Positions 9,996-21,013 of a stretch of 64,000 nt of DNA are shown piece by piece. Numbering within the stretch: position 1 is the stretch's first letter; each line of letters begins with the position of its first letter. Origin of the DNA: an uncultured Acidobacteriota bacterium (GTDB lineage Bacteria > Acidobacteriota > Thermoanaerobaculia > UBA5066 > Gp7-AA6); NCBI GenBank assembly GCA_963765835.1, contig CAVXYF010000010.1, forward strand, positions 68,899 through 132,898, read 5' to 3'. The notes below the pieces were generated by a model. It saw only the letters and a program-made list of their open reading frames with translations, made no database searches and was not told the DNA's origin. Both the position numbers and the translations under genes were made by a program.

Positions 9996-10466
9996 ATGAA
10001 TCTGCCGCTGAAGAACCCGGCCGACCTCGTCGCGCGGCTGGAATTGATCCAACCGGAACGGGTGCTTTTGATCGACTCGGCCCCGGAGCTGGCCCGTCTC
10101 GTCGAGAGCGCGCGCCCTGCGCCGGCAACCACGCACCGGGCGGCGGGGGACGCTCTCCGGATGGTCAAAGAGACCTTCGACGCGATCCTCGTGTGGCGGG
10201 AGGACCGGGGCGGGTCGCGTTCCGTTTTCGAGCGTGCGGTCAAACGGCTCGACAGCGGCGGCGCGATCTGGGTCGTCACGGCTCTCCGGAAGGTCCGGGG
10301 TCCGACGACTCCCGCGGTTCACCGGCTCGAGCTCTCCGACCTCGTCAAGGGTTTCGCGAAGGACGGCCTCACGTACGACCGCGAGGTCCGCGTGTCGGCG
10401 TGGAACGTGGCCTACAGGTTCCGGGACACGGGACACGGGACACGGGACACGAAACGGGAAAAGTGA
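9996..10466 (+). CDS. hypothetical protein (DUF3052-like)
   Basis: ATG 9996. LLIDSAPELARLVES...DAILVWREDRGGSRSVF...GAIWVVTALRK...LTYDREVRVSAWNVAYRF. Confidence 0.4.
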   Translation: MNLPLKNPADLVARLELIQPERVLLIDSAPELARLVESARPAPATTHRAAGDALRMVKETFDAILVWREDRGGSRSVFERAVKRLDSGGAIWVVTALRKVRGPTTPAVHRLELSDLVKGFAKDGLTYDREVRVSAWNVAYRFRDTGHGTRDTKREK

Positions 10467-10481
10467 GGAGGGCCGAAGCGA

Positions 10482-10868
10482 CTACTCGACGTACGGGAAG
10501 AACTTCGCGGTCACGCGAAAGAACCTCCCGGAGGTCGGATCCACGGTCAGCTGGCAGCGGGTGACTTCGACGGTCGTCGAGAACGCGACTCCCGGCGCCT
10601 TCAGACTCACGGGATAGCGCGTCGCGACCTTCAGCGGTGAGTTGAAGTCGAAGCGGACGCCGGTCGGCGACACCTCGAGCACCTGCCGCGCGGTCTCCCA
10701 GCGGACCTTCAGCTCGTACTGCTCGGCCTTTGGCCTCTTGGGACTCTTCCCGGTGTCGCTCGGGCGCGAGGGCCGCTCGCCGCTGTCGCTCGAGCGCCGC
10801 TCGCCGGAATCGCTCGGACGCGAGGGCCGGTCTCCGGCGAGAGGCGGTGTCGTCTTTCGATCAGGCAT
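10482..10868 (-). CDS. hypothetical protein, possible PilZ-like domain, with N-terminal SDSGER/RPSRPSD peptide repeats
   Basis: 128 aa. 24-30 bp tandem DNA repeats at 10745-10840 encode RPSRPSDSGERRSSDSGERPSRPSDTG. Confidence 0.4.
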   Translation of the reverse strand: MPDRKTTPPLAGDRPSRPSDSGERRSSDSGERPSRPSDTGKSPKRPKAEQYELKVRWETARQVLEVSPTGVRFDFNSPLKVATRYPVSLKAPGVAFSTTVEVTRCQLTVDPTSGRFFRVTAKFFPYVE

Positions 10869-10980
10869 CTGTTAATTCAGCGAGGGGCCGGTAGCTCACG
10901 GACCCCTCCCCTACATCGAACCTTACGTCAGGATATTCCTCGCGGATCGGTTCGGCCGCTTTTGGCCGGTTTTTGAGCGA

Positions 10981-11367
10981 TCAGGAGGCCTTGGAGAGCG
11001 AAGCGGCGAGCTTGATCGCCGCCTGCATGCCCTGCTTTTCGCGAACCTCGCGAACGCGGGCCTTCTCCGCGGGCTTCAACCTGCGAACGTAACCCATGTA
11101 CTTTCCCTGGAGCCGGCGCAGCGCCCGGACTTTCGGCGAAATCGCGACGCGCCGTTTCTTCGCCGCCCGGGTCGCCCCGGCCTTGCGCCCCCGCGCTCCT
11201 CGCGCTCCTCCGCCGCCCATTCCCTCGAGACTCGCGAGACGCTCGCGCAGCTCTGCGATGACCTTGGAGCGTCCGTTCAATACAGCTTTGACCTGATTCA
11301 GGCGCACACGTCCCTGGGACATCAATGCCTGCAGAACATAGTGAGATTCGGCGGGTGTGATCCTCAT
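10981..11367 (-). CDS. small basic coiled-coil protein, possibly DNA-binding
   Basis: 128 aa, Arg/Lys-rich (GGGGARGARGRKAGATRAAKKRRV...). No recognisable enzymatic motif. Confidence 0.45.
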   Translation of the reverse strand: MRITPAESHYVLQALMSQGRVRLNQVKAVLNGRSKVIAELRERLASLEGMGGGGARGARGRKAGATRAAKKRRVAISPKVRALRRLQGKYMGYVRRLKPAEKARVREVREKQGMQAAIKLAASLSKAS

Positions 11368-11452
11368 CGTTGCGTACCTCTTAGAGAAGGGCTGTTACTC
11401 GACTCTTCGCAGGGGCGCGAGTGTACAACAGGACAATGGCAAATTCGATCCG

Positions 11453-12691
11453 TTACTTCTTACGCGCGCCTCCGGCCGCCGCCTTCTGTTTCAATGGTGG
11501 CTTCTTAAGAGCTGCCGCCCGCGCTGCCTTCGGGAGAAGAGACTGCATTACGTCGGGCCGGATCGTCTTGCCTTCGGTCATGACGTAAGCGCGGTGAACG
11601 ATGTTGCGAAGCTCCCGGACGTTGCCGGGCCAGTCGTAGGCGAGCAGCATCTCCAGCGCCTTCGGGTCCCAGCTGGCGACTCCCGAGCGCTCCTGTTCTT
11701 CGATCATCTTGCGGAAATGCTCGGCGAGAAGCGCGATGTCCTCCCGGCGCTCCGAGAGCGTCGGAAGCGCCAGCGGGAAAACATTCAGGCGGTAGTAGAG
11801 ATCCTCGCGCAGTTTCTTTGCCTTGATCGCGTCGTGGGGATCGCGGTTCGTGGCGGAGATGAGCCGTACATCTACCTTGAGCTCCTGCGAGCCGCCGACC
11901 CGGCGCAGGGTCCGATCCTCCAGAACGCGCAGGAGCTTCACCTGGAGCTCCGAGCCCATTTCGGTGATCTCATCCAGGAAGAGAGTCCCGCCCGCCGCTT
12001 CCTCGAAGTAACCCACCCGCCGCTTGTCCGCTCCGGTGAACGAGCCGCGCTCGTGACCGAACAGCTCGCTCTCGATCAGGGTCGGTGAGATCGCTCCGCA
12101 ATTGAACGCCACGAAGGGTTTCGCGGCGCGGCGCGACAGGCGGTGAATCGTGCGCGCCGCGACCTCCTTGCCGCTGCCGGACGCTCCCGTGATGAGCACG
12201 GGCGCATTCGATTTCGCCACGCGTCGGATCACGTCGAAGATCTGCGTCATGACCGGCGAGCGCCCGACGAGATCTCCCAGTCGCCCCGTCTCCTGGAGCT
12301 CGGCGCGGAGCGTTTCGACCTCACTCTCCAGCCGCCGCCGGTCGGCGAGCCGAGTGAACACCACCTCGAGCTGCGCCGGCCGCAGTGGCTTCAAGAGGTA
12401 GTCGACGGCGCCGGCGCGCAGAGCCTCGATCGCGTTGTCGATCGATCCCTGGCCCGTGATGACGATCCCCTCCCGATCCGGATCGGTCTCGCGCGCGCTG
12501 CGGAGAATTTCGATTCCGTCGCCGTCGGGCAGGTGAATGTCGACGATCAGCAGACGTGGATCGAACTCCTCGACAGCGCGGGCCGCTTCCTTGACCGTTC
12601 CGACCGAGCGTGCTTCGCCGCCCAGGTCCCGGACCGATTCCTCGAGACCCTTTCGAGTCGCGAGATCGTCTTCGACGATGAGAACCTTCAA
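11453..12691 (-). CDS. sigma-54-dependent response regulator (NtrC family; REC + AAA+ sigma-54 activator, no clear C-terminal HTH)
   Basis: LIVEDD...DIHLPDGDG (REC), then ITGASGSGKEVAA Walker A, GAFTGA-like ESELFGHERGSFTGA, VRLISATN. Confidence 0.9.
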   Translation of the reverse strand: MKVLIVEDDLATRKGLEESVRDLGGEARSVGTVKEAARAVEEFDPRLLIVDIHLPDGDGIEILRSARETDPDREGIVITGQGSIDNAIEALRAGAVDYLLKPLRPAQLEVVFTRLADRRRLESEVETLRAELQETGRLGDLVGRSPVMTQIFDVIRRVAKSNAPVLITGASGSGKEVAARTIHRLSRRAAKPFVAFNCGAISPTLIESELFGHERGSFTGADKRRVGYFEEAAGGTLFLDEITEMGSELQVKLLRVLEDRTLRRVGGSQELKVDVRLISATNRDPHDAIKAKKLREDLYYRLNVFPLALPTLSERREDIALLAEHFRKMIEEQERSGVASWDPKALEMLLAYDWPGNVRELRNIVHRAYVMTEGKTIRPDVMQSLLPKAARAAALKKPPLKQKAAAGGARKK

Positions 12692-13335
12692 CTCGTCTCC
12701 TCCGGAATCTGGAGAGTGGCGGTCACGTGCTCACCTTCCTGGTCCAGGCTCACGACACCTCCGGCGTCGGCGGCGTACAACCGCGCGCGGGCGAGCCCCA
12801 TTCCCCAATTCTTGCCCTCACCCCCCATTCGCGGGGCGAACAGCTTCTCGGGATCGTCGCCCGAAAGTCGTCCCGGGTTTTCGACGCGGACGCGAAGACC
12901 CGAATCGGACCGGTCGCGAACGACGACCACGGAGCCGGGCGAGGACTCGAGCGCGTTGACGACGAGTGCCGTGAGCGCCTCGGAGAGTCGCGCACGGTCG
13001 CCGGAGATGCGGCCTCCAGTCTCGCCCTGGATCGGGACTCCGTCGCCCGCGGAAGCATGGAGCGTGGTCTCCACCCAGTCGTCGAACGCGAAGCTCTCGA
13101 TGCGGTCGGGTTGAGACAGGAGGAGATCTCTCCCCTGCTCAAAGAGCTCGAACGCCTTCGCGAGCTCGGTCTTTGCGATCTCCAGCGATTCGGCGGGGTC
13201 CTGCCCGCGCGCGTGACGCCGGCTGGCTCCCTCGAGGTGCAGAGACACCGCGGAAAGCGGCGTCGCGAGATCGTGAAAAAAAGTGCGGAGAAACTGCCGT
13301 CGGGCAGTGCCTGCGCGATCGTCCGAATCGTGCAT
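12688..13335 (-). CDS. soluble sensor histidine kinase (HisKA + HATPase_c)
   Basis: H-box FFHDLATPLSAV, ATP-lid GMGLARARL. It overlaps the regulator gene by 4 nt. A TTG at 13392 is the alternative start. Confidence 0.75.
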   Translation of the reverse strand: MHDSDDRAGTARRQFLRTFFHDLATPLSAVSLHLEGASRRHARGQDPAESLEIAKTELAKAFELFEQGRDLLLSQPDRIESFAFDDWVETTLHASAGDGVPIQGETGGRISGDRARLSEALTALVVNALESSPGSVVVVRDRSDSGLRVRVENPGRLSGDDPEKLFAPRMGGEGKNWGMGLARARLYAADAGGVVSLDQEGEHVTATLQIPEETS

Positions 13336-13385
13336 CAAATCGGCATCCTTTGTGCTACAAACAACCCCACCGGGTAATTCATCGT

Positions 13386-16271
13386 ATGTCAAATCTCTCC
13401 GCAGAAGTCCCGGTCGATTTCCGCCGCTCGGACGCGCCGGCCCGCTCGTCGCTCAAGACGAGACTCAAAGTGTCGGCGCTCGTTGGACTCGGCATCATTG
13501 CGGCATGGCTCTATTACACCGTCAACCAGGTCCTGACTCTGCATGACGTCACGCTGGACATCCAGAGAACTACGGATCTTCGCGAGCGCGTCGGCGACGC
13601 GAGGAATGCGCTCGCCGAGGCGGAGGATTCTCTCGATCGCTACACGCAGGGGGGAGAAGGTTACGACCTCTCCCGGCATCACGCGAGCCGCACGACACTG
13701 CGCGGCGCGCTCGGTGCGATGCGCCGCCGGGTGCTGACGGAAAGCTCCCGCGGCGCCGTGCAGCAGGCGGAGGCATACGAGGACATCTACTCGAAGGCCG
13801 CAGATCGTTCGATCGCGCGATGGGCTCCCGGAAGCCCTTCCGCGGCGCGGCAGGTCCGCGACGACGTCGTCGCGCCCGCGGCGGCGTCGCTCCGCGAGAT
13901 CCTTCAGCAGCTCGACAGCCGTTTCGGACGAGGCGAGTCCATCGCGGAGGCGCGCCTCGCGGGGGCGCGCGACTCCGCGACCGCAGCGCTCGTGATCCTG
14001 GCGGCGCTCATTCTCGCCGGGTTCGTCTGGTTCCTGACCGACGTGGACCGTCACATCCTGGCGCCCGCCGTGTCCGCGGCGAGAGCGCTCGAAGATCTCG
14101 CCGCGGACCGCGAGCCTCCCACTCTTTTCGAAGCTTCCGGCGACGAGATCGGCCAGCTCGGACGGCAGTTCAATCGCGCTGCCGCCGCGTACGGCGCGCG
14201 CCGGCGGGCGCTCGCCGAGCGCGACATCCAGGCCTCGGTCAACGACGTGCTCGCGGTCGCCGCGACCGTGAACGACCTGGAGGGATTCGGCTCGAAGGTG
14301 CTGGAGACCCTGATCTCGGTGTCGGATGCGTCGTCCGCGGTGCTCTACCTTCCGGAGCCGGGAGGCGCCTACAGGCCCTCGCAGTCCCTGGGCTGGACGC
14401 CGGCAGAGGACGGGATCGGGGCGGAGGAGGCGCGTCGGGCCGCTTCCGAGAAGAGGCCGGTCTTCGTATCGGTCCATGCGCAAACGCCCACGATCAACGT
14501 CTTCGACGGGCGCATCCTGCCGCGCGAGAGTGTCCACATCCCGCTCATCTACTTCGACCACGTCGTGGGCGTGCTCGCCCTCGGAGCCGCTCAGCCTTTC
14601 ACGACGAACGCCCGCAACGTCCTCACCGCGATCACGCCGAGCCTCGCGGTCGCAGTCGCGAACGCCGCGGCGAACGAGCGCGTCGCCGAACAGACCCGGA
14701 GGCTCTCGGAACAGAACGAGCTGCTCGAGGACCAGCGCAGCCGGATCGCCCGCGCGAACCGGGAGCTCCAGCGGGCGTCCGCGCTGAAGGACCGCTTCCT
14801 CGCCTCCGTATCCCACGAGCTGCGCACCCCGATGACCGTCATCCTGGGATTCACGGGAGCGCTGCTCAAGGGGGGACAGGGAAACCTGAACGCGCAGCAA
14901 CGCGAGAGCCTCGAACGCGTCCAGCGAAACGCGAAACTGCTGCTCGGCCTGATCAACGACGTTCTCGACATCTCGAAGATCGAAGCCGGTAAGGTCGAGA
15001 TCCACCGTCAGCGGATCTTCCTGCCGAGCCTCGCCCGCCAGCTGGAGTCGGACTACCGGGAAGCCGCGCGGAACAAGGGTCTGGCGCTCCAGTTCGAGAT
15101 CGCGCCCGGAATCGAGTCCGTGACGAGCGATCCCGAGCGCGTGATGCAGATCATCGCGAACCTCGTGGGCAACGCACTGAAGTTCACGGAGCGCGGCTCC
15201 ATCACCGTGCGGTTCGAGCCGCGGGACCCGGAATCGTGGGCGATCGTCGTCTCCGACACGGGCATCGGAATCCCCGTGGACGAACAGGCCACGATCTTCG
15301 AGGAGTTCCGCCAGGGCGAAGCAGTCGAGCACCGCGGCCGCGGCGGCACCGGTCTCGGCCTCGCGATCGTCAAGAAGATCGCGGCGGTCCTTGGAGGCGC
15401 CGTCGAAATCCGGAGCGCCGCCGGAGAGGGATCACGGTTCACGGTCGTCCTACCTCGCGAGCTCCCGCAGGACGACGAGGCGTCGGCGGGTGCCGCGGAG
15501 ACCGCGGAGTGGCCCATTGCCGCACCGCAGCCCGGCCGCAGTGTCCTGATCGTGGACGACGACGAGGGGGTTCGGAGGTTGTTCGCTTACGAGCTGGAGT
15601 CTCTCGGAGTGCGGATCCTGGAGGCGGGCGACGGCCGGACCGCGGTGGAGATAGCGACCGCCGAGAGGCCGGACGCGATTCTCCTGGACGTGCTGCTGCC
15701 CGGGATCGACGGGTGGGAAGCCCTTCGCCTGCTCAAGCAGCGTCCGGAGACTCGCAACATTCCGGTCGTGATCCTCTCCGTCGTCGACAACCGGGCGTTC
15801 GGGCTCTCGCTGGGCGCGTTCGACTATCTCCTGAAGCCGGTCGAGACTTCGGCGCTCGTCGACAGCCTGTCGCGCGCGGGAGTGCTCGCAAACCGGGGAC
15901 ACCTCCTCGTCGTGGACGACGATCCGGACGTCCGCAACCTGCTCGCGCAGGGCCTCGTCAGCGCCGGTTATCGGGTGCTGAGCGCGGAAGGCGGAGCGGA
16001 GGCACTCGCCGCAATGTCGAAGGAGCGGCCGAGCGCGGTGCTGCTCGACCTCATGATGCGGCCGCCCGATGGCTTCGAGGTCCTCTGCCGGATGCGCGAG
16101 GACGAGGATCTTCGCGACATCCCGGTCATCATCGTCACCGCGAAGGAACTCACCGAGCGGGACCGCGAGATCCTGCGCGGCGCGGCGCAGCGCGTGATCC
16201 ACAAGGCGGCGAATCCCTCGAGACTCGTCGCCCAGGTCCTGCAGGCCGTCGAGGAAGAGAAGACGGCGTGA
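13386..16271 (+). CDS. hybrid sensor histidine kinase (TM-HAMP-GAF-HisKA-HATPase-REC-REC)
   Basis: ATG 13386 (MSNLSAEVP). TM helix ALVGLGIIAAWLYY, H-box SHELRTPMT, GTGLGLAIVKKI, two receiver domains (LIVDDDEG..., LLVVDDDPD...). Confidence 0.85.
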   Translation: MSNLSAEVPVDFRRSDAPARSSLKTRLKVSALVGLGIIAAWLYYTVNQVLTLHDVTLDIQRTTDLRERVGDARNALAEAEDSLDRYTQGGEGYDLSRHHASRTTLRGALGAMRRRVLTESSRGAVQQAEAYEDIYSKAADRSIARWAPGSPSAARQVRDDVVAPAAASLREILQQLDSRFGRGESIAEARLAGARDSATAALVILAALILAGFVWFLTDVDRHILAPAVSAARALEDLAADREPPTLFEASGDEIGQLGRQFNRAAAAYGARRRALAERDIQASVNDVLAVAATVNDLEGFGSKVLETLISVSDASSAVLYLPEPGGAYRPSQSLGWTPAEDGIGAEEARRAASEKRPVFVSVHAQTPTINVFDGRILPRESVHIPLIYFDHVVGVLALGAAQPFTTNARNVLTAITPSLAVAVANAAANERVAEQTRRLSEQNELLEDQRSRIARANRELQRASALKDRFLASVSHELRTPMTVILGFTGALLKGGQGNLNAQQRESLERVQRNAKLLLGLINDVLDISKIEAGKVEIHRQRIFLPSLARQLESDYREAARNKGLALQFEIAPGIESVTSDPERVMQIIANLVGNALKFTERGSITVRFEPRDPESWAIVVSDTGIGIPVDEQATIFEEFRQGEAVEHRGRGGTGLGLAIVKKIAAVLGGAVEIRSAAGEGSRFTVVLPRELPQDDEASAGAAETAEWPIAAPQPGRSVLIVDDDEGVRRLFAYELESLGVRILEAGDGRTAVEIATAERPDAILLDVLLPGIDGWEALRLLKQRPETRNIPVVILSVVDNRAFGLSLGAFDYLLKPVETSALVDSLSRAGVLANRGHLLVVDDDPDVRNLLAQGLVSAGYRVLSAEGGAEALAAMSKERPSAVLLDLMMRPPDGFEVLCRMREDEDLRDIPVIIVTAKELTERDREILRGAAQRVIHKAANPSRLVAQVLQAVEEEKTA

Positions 16272-18271
16272 GCGCCCGCATCCTCGTCGTCGAGGACTCG
16301 CCCGACATCCGGGTCCTCATCCGCATGCTGCTGGAGGCCGCCGGGCACGAAGTCACCACGGCCTCCGACGGACGCGAGGGTGTCGAGGTTGCAAAGCGCG
16401 TGCGTCCCGACCTGGTGCTGATGGATCTTTCGCTGCCGGTCCTGTCGGGCTGGGAGGCGACCCGGGCGATCAAGGAGAACCCGGATACCTCTTCGATCCC
16501 GGTCGTGGCCGTCACCGCGCACGCCATGCACGGCGACCGGGAGCGCGCGCTGGCCGCCGGCTGTGACGGTTTCATCCCCAAGCCGATCGACGAAGAGACG
16601 TTCGAGGCGCTCGTGATGTCGCACCTGCGCCCCCCGGTGAACGAGGGGTCGTCTCCGACTCCGGACGCCGCGGCTCCCCCGGCTCCTCCCCGGACCGGCT
16701 TCGCCGAGCCCGGCCGCATCCTGGTCGTGGACGATCACGCGGAGGTCGCCGAGATCATCCGGCTCGACCTCGAAAGCGACGGACACCGGGTGGTCCTGGC
16801 GCGCACCCTCGAACAGGCGTCCGGGCTGGCCCGCGACGACGATCCGTTCGACCTCGCCATCGTCGACGTAATGCTGGGGCCGGACTCCGGGTACGACCTC
16901 GCGGCGGAGCTCGTTTCCCGCTCCGGCGAGTACCTGCCGGTCCTCCTGGTCACCGCCGGAGAGATCGACCGGGAAAAGGGGTTCGCGGCCGGGGCGGACG
17001 ACTTCGTCGCCAAGCCGCTCGATCCAGTGGAGCTCGTCGCGCGCGCCCGCTCCCTCATCCGTGTCGGCCGGGCGATCCGCTCGCAGGGAAGGGCGGCGCG
17101 GGAACGCTCCGAAGCGTACGAAAAGCTCGCTGAGCTCGACCGGCTGAAGTCGGACTTCCTGTCGACGGTCTCCCACGAGCTGCGGACGCCGTTGAACACG
17201 ATCATCCTGCTGTCCCACCTGATCGAGCGGGAGGGGAAGAATCCGACCGACGAGGAACGCCGGCTCCACGACATCCACGTCATCCGCGAGAGCGCGGAAA
17301 CGCTTCTGCGGATGATCAACAACATCCTCGACCTGGCAAAGCTCGAGGCGGGTCAGCGCGATCTGCACCCGCAGCTGGTGCCGCTGCGTCCGTTGCTCCA
17401 GGAGACGGCCGACCTTCTCGAGCCGCTGGCCCGCGAGAAGGGGCTCCGCCTCGCCGTCGAAATCAGCCCCGACCTGCCGGAAACGGCCGTTCTCGATCGG
17501 GAGAAGGTTTCCCGCGTCCTGATCAACCTCCTCTCGAATGCCGTCAAGTACACGCAACACGGAAACGTGACCGTTCGTGCGACGCCGTGGCAGGACAGCA
17601 TCGCCTTCGAGGTCGCGGACACCGGGAACGGAGTGCCCGCCCACCTGGTCGCCACGGTTTTCGAGCCGTTCCGCCAGATCCGCACGGGCGCGGGCGAAGC
17701 GCCCCGAGGTACGGGCCTCGGCCTCACGATCTCCAAGCAGCTCGTCGAGCTGATGGGCGGCGACCTCATTTTCGACAGCCGCGAGGGGGAGGGTACCCGC
17801 GTCTCTCTGACCGTGCCGAAGCTCCGGGCCACAACGGAAGAGGAGATGGTTCCGGTTTCCCAGTCGGCAGCCCCGGACGGACAGAGCGGGAAGGGTCGGA
17901 GGGTGCTCATCGTGGAAGACGACGCGTCCTCGCGCTACGGCCTCAAGAGCCTGCTGGAATCGGAAGGGTACGAGGTCGGGGAGGCTGCCCTGCTTTCGGA
18001 AGCCGACGTCGTCGTGCGCCGGAATCCGCCGGACGTCCTGATCCTCGACATCACTCTTCCGGACGGGGACGGCGCCGAGTGGCTGCGCCTGCGGACCCGG
18101 CGCGAAGGCCCTCCGCCCTTCCACGTCATCGCGCTGACCGGCATCACCGCGGACGAGGACACGCGGCGTATCGAGAAGTGCGGAGTCGCCGCCGTGCTGC
18201 AGAAGCCGGTCAACGTCGCGCTGCTCTTCCAGGCGCTGCAGAAGAACGAGGCCGTCAGACAGTCCGGATAG
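16268..18271 (+). CDS. response regulator/histidine kinase hybrid (REC-REC-HisKA-HATPase-REC)
   Basis: GTG 16268 overlaps the upstream stop (GTGA). ILVVEDSPD, ILVVDDHAE, H-box SHELRTPLN, GTGLGLTISKQLV, C-terminal REC VLIVEDDAS. Confidence 0.8.
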   Translation: MSARILVVEDSPDIRVLIRMLLEAAGHEVTTASDGREGVEVAKRVRPDLVLMDLSLPVLSGWEATRAIKENPDTSSIPVVAVTAHAMHGDRERALAAGCDGFIPKPIDEETFEALVMSHLRPPVNEGSSPTPDAAAPPAPPRTGFAEPGRILVVDDHAEVAEIIRLDLESDGHRVVLARTLEQASGLARDDDPFDLAIVDVMLGPDSGYDLAAELVSRSGEYLPVLLVTAGEIDREKGFAAGADDFVAKPLDPVELVARARSLIRVGRAIRSQGRAARERSEAYEKLAELDRLKSDFLSTVSHELRTPLNTIILLSHLIEREGKNPTDEERRLHDIHVIRESAETLLRMINNILDLAKLEAGQRDLHPQLVPLRPLLQETADLLEPLAREKGLRLAVEISPDLPETAVLDREKVSRVLINLLSNAVKYTQHGNVTVRATPWQDSIAFEVADTGNGVPAHLVATVFEPFRQIRTGAGEAPRGTGLGLTISKQLVELMGGDLIFDSREGEGTRVSLTVPKLRATTEEEMVPVSQSAAPDGQSGKGRRVLIVEDDASSRYGLKSLLESEGYEVGEAALLSEADVVVRRNPPDVLILDITLPDGDGAEWLRLRTRREGPPPFHVIALTGITADEDTRRIEKCGVAAVLQKPVNVALLFQALQKNEAVRQSG

Positions 18272-18288
18272 GGGACAGCCGACAGTGC

Positions 18289-19262
18289 TTACGCGAGCAC
18301 GTCTCTTCTCACGAAGACCGCGTAGGCGACGGCGGTCGCGGCGAGCGCCCAGATCGTCAGGACCGCAACGGAAAACGGCACGGTCATCCCCGTGATCGGC
18401 GCGGGCGAACCGGAGTAGTAGTCGGGCAGCGGGAGGTTCGTCACGAAGAGGTAGCGCTGCGCCTCCCAGGAGGGGGCGACGCGCGGAAGAATCGTGCCGG
18501 CGATGAGCGCCGCGAGCATCGTCCCCATCGCCGCGGCCGTCGAGCGGAGAACCACCGAGGTCAGGAACGCGATGGCGCCCACGGTCAGCGCGGCGAACCA
18601 CGCCAGCCCGAAGGCGAGGAGAGCGTCCTGCCAGAGCGGCAGCGAACGGACGGCGCCCGGATCGAATGTTTCGCCGGACAGCCGAAACCCCGTGAGAACC
18701 GGCGCCCCCCAGCCGCGATATCCGAAGGCGAGCCCGCCGAACAGGTAGGCGACGACGCCTCCGAGCGCCACCGTCAGCGTGATCGCGACGGCAAGCGCGG
18801 CGAACTTCGACGACAGCACGCGGGCGCGACCCACGGGTCGGGTGAGCAGGAGCTTCACGGTCCCCTGCGCGAACTCGGACGACACGATGTCCGCCGCGAA
18901 GAGGATCGCGAGAAGCGGAAGGAGGAGGTAGCTCGAAGCGTTCGCGAACGCCCGCGCGAAGATCGGTCCCGAAATCGCCTCCGGGTCGACGTTCCGGTCG
19001 AGGTGATACTGCACGCGGGCGATCTCGAAGCGCACCCAGCGGAGCTGCGTCTGCGGGAGACGGCCGGACCGCTCCCAGTTCTGCATCCGCGCGACTCGCT
19101 CCTGCGCCTCGATCCGCCAGTCGCGCTGGGGCTTCCGGTCCTTGGCCTGCGTCTGCGCGAAGACGATCAGGCCGTTCAGCGCCACGAGGATGAGGAGCGC
19201 GACACGGAAGCGCCTCCGCTTGAGCAGCTTCAGGATTTCGTTCTCCACGAGCGGCGCGAACC

Positions 19263-19266
<4 letters not shown>
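18289..19266 (-). CDS. ABC-2 type transporter permease
   Basis: MRFAPLVENEILK...six hydrophobic segments. Its ATG overlaps the stop of the ATPase gene (ATGA). Confidence 0.75.
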
Positions 19267-20157
<891 letters not shown>

Positions 20158-20224
20158 GTTTTCGGCGGCGAGAACGATCGTAGGCTCCAGGTCCGGATCC
20201 TCCGTCCGAACGTATCATCCTGCC

Positions 20225-21013
20225 GTGCGGACACTCTCCCGAGTCTGGCTGTGGCGCGTCCCGGCAACCGTCGCCGTCGTGGCAGGAATCGTTTTCACGG
20301 CGGGCTTCTGGTTCGCCCTTCGTGGAAGCGCCGGCGCGCCGCTGGGAGATCCACCGCCGCCGGCCGCGCGGCACGAGGCCCCCAAACCCGCCGGCAAGCG
20401 CCTCGTCCTCGTTCTCGGAGACTCCCTCTCCCACGGCACCGGCGATCCCACCGGACGGGGCTACGCGGCGGACGTCGCGGCGTCACTCGCACGGCGCGGA
20501 CCGATCGAGACCGTGAAGCTCGCGGTCGCCGGGGCGGAGTCGTCCGACCTCCGCCGTCTCGTGGACAGCGCCAACGTGCGCTCGCTGGCGACGTCGGCGG
20601 ACGTGATTCTTGTCTCGATCGGGGGCAACGACCTGTCGCACTCGATCGGGCGAGCGGGCGCCCCGGCGGACGCGCTGGCCGGAATAGCGGCAGCGCGCTC
20701 GCGCCTCGCCGAAAACCTTCGGGCGATCCTGGCGGCCCTCCGGGCGGCCAACCCGTCCGCCCCCATCCGCGTCCTCGGTCTCTACCAGCCGTTCACGGGC
20801 AGCGGGCGGGATGCGCGCCTGGGGGAATCGCTCGTGCTGTCATGGAGCAACCTCATCTCCGAGATCGCACTCGGTTACCCGAACGTCATCGTGGTCTCGG
20901 TGTTCGACCTCTTCGCCGGCAGGCCCGACCGGCTCGCGACCGACCGATTCCATCCCAACCGCGACGGATATCGCGCCGTCGCGGACCGCGTCGTGCAGAC
21001 GTTGCAGCCCTGA
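20225..21013 (+). CDS. SGNH/GDSL family hydrolase
   Basis: GDSLSHG catalytic Ser block, GGNDL block, C-terminal DRFHPN (DxxH). The GTG start at 20225 was chosen to avoid overlap with the divergent ABC gene, and the N-terminal TM is plausible. Confidence 0.7.
   Translation: MRTLSRVWLWRVPATVAVVAGIVFTAGFWFALRGSAGAPLGDPPPPAARHEAPKPAGKRLVLVLGDSLSHGTGDPTGRGYAADVAASLARRGPIETVKLAVAGAESSDLRRLVDSANVRSLATSADVILVSIGGNDLSHSIGRAGAPADALAGIAAARSRLAENLRAILAALRAANPSAPIRVLGLYQPFTGSGRDARLGESLVLSWSNLISEIALGYPNVIVVSVFDLFAGRPDRLATDRFHPNRDGYRAVADRVVQTLQP

Noticed and set aside
13173-13385. N-terminal 71-codon extension of the first hybrid kinase
   Set aside because: The extension is Arg-rich shadow sequence overlapping the divergent kinase gene. 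ATG 13386 gives a normal N-terminus followed by a TM helix.
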